A stretch of 64,000 nt of DNA, from NCBI GenBank assembly GCA_040326155.1, contig JBEQLE010000003.1, positions 9,725-73,724 of the forward strand, in the 5' to 3' direction. Each line of letters begins with the position of its first letter. Positions within the stretch are counted from its first letter, which is position 1. The stretch comes from Leptospirales bacterium. GTDB taxonomy: Bacteria > Spirochaetota > Leptospiria > Turneriellales > JAOUFE01. Below the pieces are notes generated by a model. That model searched no databases and was not told the origin of the DNA. It saw nothing but the letters and a program-made list of their open reading frames with translations. The position numbers and the translations under genes are program-made. Below, one piece after another: positions 59,434 to 64,000 of this stretch.

Positions 59434-61047
59434 ATGAGTCTGGAACGAAAGACAATTTATCTATCGACTTTTTTGTATCTATTTTCAATTGCCACGATTG
59501 TAAACCAAACCGCACCGGGAAATTCCAAATCTGAGACTAGAGTAATTTTCGAAACGGAAAATCAGCACAACTATTGTAAAAGCCCGTATAATTCCGATTT
59601 CATTATCTCCCGCAACGGAAATTCCTGGCAAGATCAAAAGAGTGGATCTTCGATGGCGTCGAAAGAGGATTATAAACTTTTACTCAAGTATGCCGACGAA
59701 GGAGAAGTAAAAGAACTCAAAGCCCTGATAAACAAGTCTGGCGTAGATCTCAACCACACTGACAGATCTGGAGATACTGCCTTGCATCTGGCTGCCTCGC
59801 GTGGTCACCTGGAAGTGGTTCAACTGTTGGTTGCCTCCGGCGCCAATGTCAATGTGCAAAACCTTCATAGAAAATCTTCCCCGCTGCACAATGCAGCATA
59901 CAACGGCCATCTTGGTATTGTAGAGTACTTGCTGAAAAACAACGCTGAAGTCGATATTGCGGATAATTCTGGTCAAACCCCTTTATCTTTTGCCGCACGC
60001 CAGGGTAAGCTCAATGTATTTAAAGAGCTGCTGCGCCACGGCGCCGACATAAACACCCGAAATAGTTATGAGATGGGAGTACTGCATTGGGCAGTATATT
60101 CAAAATCGGCAGAACTTGTGGAATATATTTTAAGCTATAAAAAATCCGGCGGCAAGGACTATGAAATTGACGTCAATGCAAAAAACAGGACGCTGGAGAC
60201 ACCGCTTCATATTGCAGCCAAAAAGGGATTATTGACCATTGCAAAACTGCTTCTTAAATATGGGGCCGACCCGACCCTCGAAAATTCGAGCTGGGATACA
60301 CCATACAATCTTGCGAAATATTCCCATCCGGAGACGGCGAAAATTGTAGATCCTCTCCATTTTCAATACACGGATGCGCAGTTAAAAGCATTTAAAAAGA
60401 TTCATAACTATAAAGTTTTACTGATTGCCGGTGATTCAAGCATCGATGCCTTTGACAATGCCAGGGAAAAAATACAAAGGATTTTGATCCGGCATGGCGT
60501 AAAAACACAAAACATTAAACAATTAACTCGAAAAAAGAATAAAACCAACTCCCGGGTTTTACTCGCAACAAATTCCAATATCGAAAAATCTTTTAAAGAG
60601 TTAAACATAGGCAGAAATGACATCTGTTTTATATTTATGACAAGCCATGGAAATGACACCGGGTTTATGCTGGGCGACCTCAATATGATCACTCCTTCGC
60701 AAATGGATACCTGGATAAACAGCTACTGTAAAAGCCAACCGACGATATTGATTGTTTCGGCATGTTACTCCGGTATTTTTCTAAAACCCGGTATGCGCCG
60801 GGCGAATAGAGTTATTTTAACGGCCTCCCGTGATGATAAAACTTCCTTTGGTTGTGGCGCGGAAGAAGAGTACACTTACTATGACACCTGCTTGATCGAC
60901 AGTCTGGGTAGCAGTAAAAACTGGAAAGAGGTGGCGAATTCAAATAAAGCCTGTATAGATCGAAAAGAGAAGAACATGAGCGAATTTTCTTATCCGCAGT
61001 CTTATTTTGGAGTGAAAACAGGTTACATTTCCTGGTTCCAGGAATAG
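59434..61047 (+). CDS. secreted ankyrin-repeat protein fused to a legumain-like (clan CD, C13-type) peptidase domain
   Basis: SD AAGGTGG. Signal peptide. At least 5 ANK repeats (GDTALHLAASRGHLEVVQLLVASGANVN and others). The C-domain carries the His/Cys dyad context FIFMTSHGN and ILIVSACYSG. Confidence 0.8.
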   Translation: MSLERKTIYLSTFLYLFSIATIVNQTAPGNSKSETRVIFETENQHNYCKSPYNSDFIISRNGNSWQDQKSGSSMASKEDYKLLLKYADEGEVKELKALINKSGVDLNHTDRSGDTALHLAASRGHLEVVQLLVASGANVNVQNLHRKSSPLHNAAYNGHLGIVEYLLKNNAEVDIADNSGQTPLSFAARQGKLNVFKELLRHGADINTRNSYEMGVLHWAVYSKSAELVEYILSYKKSGGKDYEIDVNAKNRTLETPLHIAAKKGLLTIAKLLLKYGADPTLENSSWDTPYNLAKYSHPETAKIVDPLHFQYTDAQLKAFKKIHNYKVLLIAGDSSIDAFDNAREKIQRILIRHGVKTQNIKQLTRKKNKTNSRVLLATNSNIEKSFKELNIGRNDICFIFMTSHGNDTGFMLGDLNMITPSQMDTWINSYCKSQPTILIVSACYSGIFLKPGMRRANRVILTASRDDKTSFGCGAEEEYTYYDTCLIDSLGSSKNWKEVANSNKACIDRKEKNMSEFSYPQSYFGVKTGYISWFQE

Positions 61048-61064
61048 TAGGTCGTAAATGACTC

Positions 61065-61910
61065 TTATAAATCCTGTCTGTTTTTTACTATTTTGTCAAT
61101 AGCATACAAAGACTTTACAAATGGAACAAGGTCAGCGAGCGGCAGTTGCGTAGTTGAATCTGATAAAGCTTTTTCAGGGTTGGAATGAATTTCCATAAAT
61201 ACTCCATCGACGCCGACAGCCGCAGCGGCGCGACCGATTGGAAAGGCCATTGCACGGTCTCCCCCGGTCTGTGTTCCCCCGCCGGGAAGTTGAGTCGAAT
61301 GTGTAATATCGATTACGACGGGAACACCTTCTCTACGAATCATTTCGATGGCGCGCATATCAACGACAAGATTATTATAACCAAAAGTATAACCGCGTTC
61401 ACAGATAGTTATTTTATCAGAACCCGATTGACGAAATTTATCAACGATCATTAATGCGTCTTTAGGCGCCATAAATTGGCCTTTTTTAACATTCACCCAC
61501 CTACCTGTTTTTGCTGCGGCAACAATTAGATCGGTCTGGCGCGATAAAAAAGCGGGTATCTGAATCATGTCAATTACTTCTGCTGCCTGCTCCGCCTCTT
61601 CCGGAGAGTGAACATCGGTAACAAGGGGAAAACCATACCGCTCTTTTATATTCTGCAGCATCTTAAGCCCTTTCTCAATTCCAGGGCCACGGTAAGAGGT
61701 GATACTGCTACGGTTTGCTTTATCGTAAGAAGATTTAAAAAATATTCCTACCGGAACTTCTTTTTCAAGTTCTTTTAAAGTTGCGGCAGCCTTATCTAAT
61801 TCTTCTTCATTTTCTATAGCACAAGGTCCGGCAATTAAAAAAAATGGGTTCGAACCGCCAATTTTAATATCTCCAGGAAGAGTTTTTTCGGGAACAACTG
61901 GTATTATCAT
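61065..61910 (-). CDS. kdsA: 3-deoxy-8-phosphooctulonate (KDO-8-P) synthase
   Basis: KSSYDKANRSS, QIPAFLSRQTDL and DITHS. The ATG at 61910 overlaps the upstream stop (ATGA) and is preferred over the listed 61961. Confidence 0.92.
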   Translation of the reverse strand: MIIPVVPEKTLPGDIKIGGSNPFFLIAGPCAIENEEELDKAAATLKELEKEVPVGIFFKSSYDKANRSSITSYRGPGIEKGLKMLQNIKERYGFPLVTDVHSPEEAEQAAEVIDMIQIPAFLSRQTDLIVAAAKTGRWVNVKKGQFMAPKDALMIVDKFRQSGSDKITICERGYTFGYNNLVVDMRAIEMIRREGVPVVIDITHSTQLPGGGTQTGGDRAMAFPIGRAAAAVGVDGVFMEIHSNPEKALSDSTTQLPLADLVPFVKSLYAIDKIVKNRQDL

Positions 61911-62281
61911 TTTAATTTCCTTTTTAAGCCCGACCCGGATATGTGCGTAACCAAAGCGCAATGTCCGGGTTCGGTATGTAGTTTACGAATAATGGATGTT
62001 CTATATTTTTGCTCAGCGGCTTTCGGATATAATTCCAATAATCGTGTTTTAATATTCTGTTCTGCAATTTTACAAGCTTGTTCCGTTTGCACCGTATATG
62101 GTACATCGCTATTTTCCGGTTCCCCGGTAACTACCAACTGTAATGTATCATTGTTTATCCAGTAATTGTCAGATATAATAGAAGCTCCAGAATTATTTCG
62201 GGAAGGACCCAGGCTTTCACAACCTGTAAACAGCAAAACTGAAACAAATATTAATACTAATTTTAATTTATAGTTGCTCAC
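61907..62281 (-). CDS. small lipoprotein
   Basis: Lipobox LLFTGC. The GTG at 62281 overlaps the hemH stop (GTGA). An alternative ATG lies at 62299. Confidence 0.6.
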   Translation of the reverse strand: MSNYKLKLVLIFVSVLLFTGCESLGPSRNNSGASIISDNYWINNDTLQLVVTGEPENSDVPYTVQTEQACKIAEQNIKTRLLELYPKAAEQKYRTSIIRKLHTEPGHCALVTHISGSGLKRKLK

Positions 62282-63300
62282 AAAACCTCTCCAGCCCATT
62301 GCGATATTGCATTCACCCACGGAGTTGTACTATTTAAACAAGGAACAAAAGTATACTTTTTTCCCCCTGCGTTTAAAAAATAATCTTTGCCTCGAATTTG
62401 CAACTCTTCGAGTGTTTCCAAATTGTCCGTAACAAAACCGGGCGCAATAACCACCAGCGACTTCACCCCTTTTTTGGGAATCTGTGTTAATACGCTTTCC
62501 GTAGACGGGCCAATCCACTCACCACGCATGGCAGACTGGTACGAGATGCTGTATTGACCTTCTTTCAATTTTAGCTTTTCGGCCAGTTTTAACGTTGTAC
62601 GATAAGTCTGAGCTTTATAACAGTAAACAAAAGCTTCAGATTCTATATGGCAACAATTTTCCTTCTGCAAACAATGATTTTTTGTCGGGTCTGTTTTAAC
62701 AAGATGACGATTAGGCAGGCTATGATATGTAAATAGAATATGGTCGAATTTCTTTGTAACAAAAGGTTTCGCATTTGCAATTATTGCATTCAAATATTGA
62801 GCATTCTCAAAATAAGGTTCTTTAATATCGACCGACAAATTACTAAATTTTTGACAGACACTTTTGAACTCTTCTACAACCGACTCATAAGTAGACATAG
62901 CATAATGGGGAAACATAGGCACGGCAAAAACCTGGCGAATGCCTTGTGAATACAATTCTTTTACGGTTTGGCTTATCGAAGGGTTTCCATAACGCATTGC
63001 CATAGCCGTTTGAAATTTGGTTTTTTTTTCAACCAAAGAAGCCAACTTTTGTGTTTCGCTTTTCAACGGAGACCCTGAGTTGGTCCAGATTTTTTTATAA
63101 AAGGCAGCTGACTTTTTCGCTCGAAACGGAACAATAATAACCCGCACTAATAAACTTCGAAAAACCCAGGGAATATCAATAACCCTTTTGTCCATTAAAA
63201 ATTGACGTAAATAAGAAGCTACATCGCCAGTGTTAATAGAATTCGGCGACCCGGTATTTATAAGTAATATTGCTTTCTCTTCGTTTTTCAAAGACCTCAT
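62278..63300 (-). CDS. hemH: ferrochelatase
   Basis: ILLINTGSP, MRYGNPSI and FTYHSLP. The ATG at 63300 overlaps the pdxH stop (ATGA). Confidence 0.9.
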   Translation of the reverse strand: MRSLKNEEKAILLINTGSPNSINTGDVASYLRQFLMDKRVIDIPWVFRSLLVRVIIVPFRAKKSAAFYKKIWTNSGSPLKSETQKLASLVEKKTKFQTAMAMRYGNPSISQTVKELYSQGIRQVFAVPMFPHYAMSTYESVVEEFKSVCQKFSNLSVDIKEPYFENAQYLNAIIANAKPFVTKKFDHILFTYHSLPNRHLVKTDPTKNHCLQKENCCHIESEAFVYCYKAQTYRTTLKLAEKLKLKEGQYSISYQSAMRGEWIGPSTESVLTQIPKKGVKSLVVIAPGFVTDNLETLEELQIRGKDYFLNAGGKKYTFVPCLNSTTPWVNAISQWAGEVL

Positions 63301-63944
63301 GGGTATAGTCTCCGAATTGCCCATGAGCCATTCTGCGGTTCATAAACCAGACGGTCATGCAAACGGTTCGGTCTACCCTGCCAAAATTCAAAATATTCGG
63401 GTTGTAAAATAAAACCACCCCAAAAATCCGGTAGTGGAATATCTTTACCTTTATATTCTTTGTCCAGTTCCTGGTATTTATTTTCTAAAATCTCACGATT
63501 TAAAAGTGTCTGACTTTGTTTTGATGAATACGCCCCAATTTGAGACTCCCTTGGACGAGTTTCAAAATATTCAGCGGATTCTTCGCGACTGACTTTTTTA
63601 ACCGGGCCCATTATTTTTACCTGGCGTTCCATTTCACCCCAGTAAAATAACATGGACGCATAAGGATTTTCTTCAAGTTCTTTTGCTTTTTTGCTGGAAT
63701 AATTGGTAAAAAAAATAAAGCCTTGGTCGGTAAAGGTTTTTAACAATACTACTCGTGCATTTGGCTTTCCACCTGATACCGTAGACAGAGTTAAGGCGTT
63801 ACCATCGACCACTTTCGCATCAATAGCCTGATTAAACCAGGACTCAAACTGTTTAACAGGATCGGCATTTAATTCACTTTCAAGAAGCCCGTTCTTTAAA
63901 TAATCTCGTCTGATATTTTGAAAATATTGTCTATCGCCATGCAT
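63297..63944 (-). CDS. pdxH: pyridoxamine 5'-phosphate oxidase
   Basis: ARVVLLK, FFTNYSSKKAKEL and the C-terminal EFWQGRPNRLHDR. 215 aa. Confidence 0.93.
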   Translation of the reverse strand: MHGDRQYFQNIRRDYLKNGLLESELNADPVKQFESWFNQAIDAKVVDGNALTLSTVSGGKPNARVVLLKTFTDQGFIFFTNYSSKKAKELEENPYASMLFYWGEMERQVKIMGPVKKVSREESAEYFETRPRESQIGAYSSKQSQTLLNREILENKYQELDKEYKGKDIPLPDFWGGFILQPEYFEFWQGRPNRLHDRLVYEPQNGSWAIRRLYP

Positions 63945-64000
63945 ATTGTCACAGGAAAATAATATTCTATTGCAATGTAAACCAGATTATATAAAGAGTT

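Overview
This 64-kb window looks like a chromosomal segment of a moderately AT-rich diderm bacterium. kdsA indicates LPS, and there are many lipoproteins and beta-barrel proteins. The gene content (several STAS proteins, non-canonical lipoboxes, the cdaA/cdaR pair) weakly suggests a Leptospirales-like spirochete, but I cannot confirm this without a database search. I call about 64 CDS and one tRNA. There are no rRNA genes, CRISPR arrays, transposases, integrases or prophage genes.

Most of the window is housekeeping:
- mrdA-rodA.
- A long minus-strand chain of overlapping genes: OMP-folP-cdaA-cdaR-pdxJ-acpS-ruvB.
- A split chrA pair and a membrane sulfatase.
- A polysaccharide block: acyl-CoA ligase, GT2, DegT aminotransferase, priming sugar transferase, manC.
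- feoB, tRNA-Val and thrS.
- Class I fumarate hydratase (two subunits), cinA and alr.
- A REC-PAS-GGDEF-EAL protein.
- A complete F1Fo ATP synthase operon.
- A coupled kdsA/hemH/pdxH chain.

Accessory or unexplained parts:
1. 8.3-15.0 kb. An envelope island whose core is a tandem A-B-A-B-A array. The A genes encode an N-terminal LpoB/TolB-N-like domain fused to a C-terminal beta-barrel. The B genes encode Cys-patterned lipoproteins. This is my best candidate for an undescribed system.
2. 22.75-25.3 kb. A VapBC + class II Fic island, plus a structured non-coding tail, inserted in the polysaccharide locus.
3. 30.6-32.5 kb. An output-less Cache-like membrane sensor translationally coupled to a STAS/zinc-ribbon protein.
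4. 32.8-35.1 kb. Two lipoprotein genes that each carry a copy of the same ~75-bp upstream element.
5. 42.45-44.9 kb. An AT-rich solitary gamma-class N6-adenine methyltransferase.
6. 59.4-61.0 kb. A secreted ankyrin-repeat/legumain-like (C13) protease fusion.

All functional calls rest on motifs read by eye from the supplied translations. No homology search was possible.
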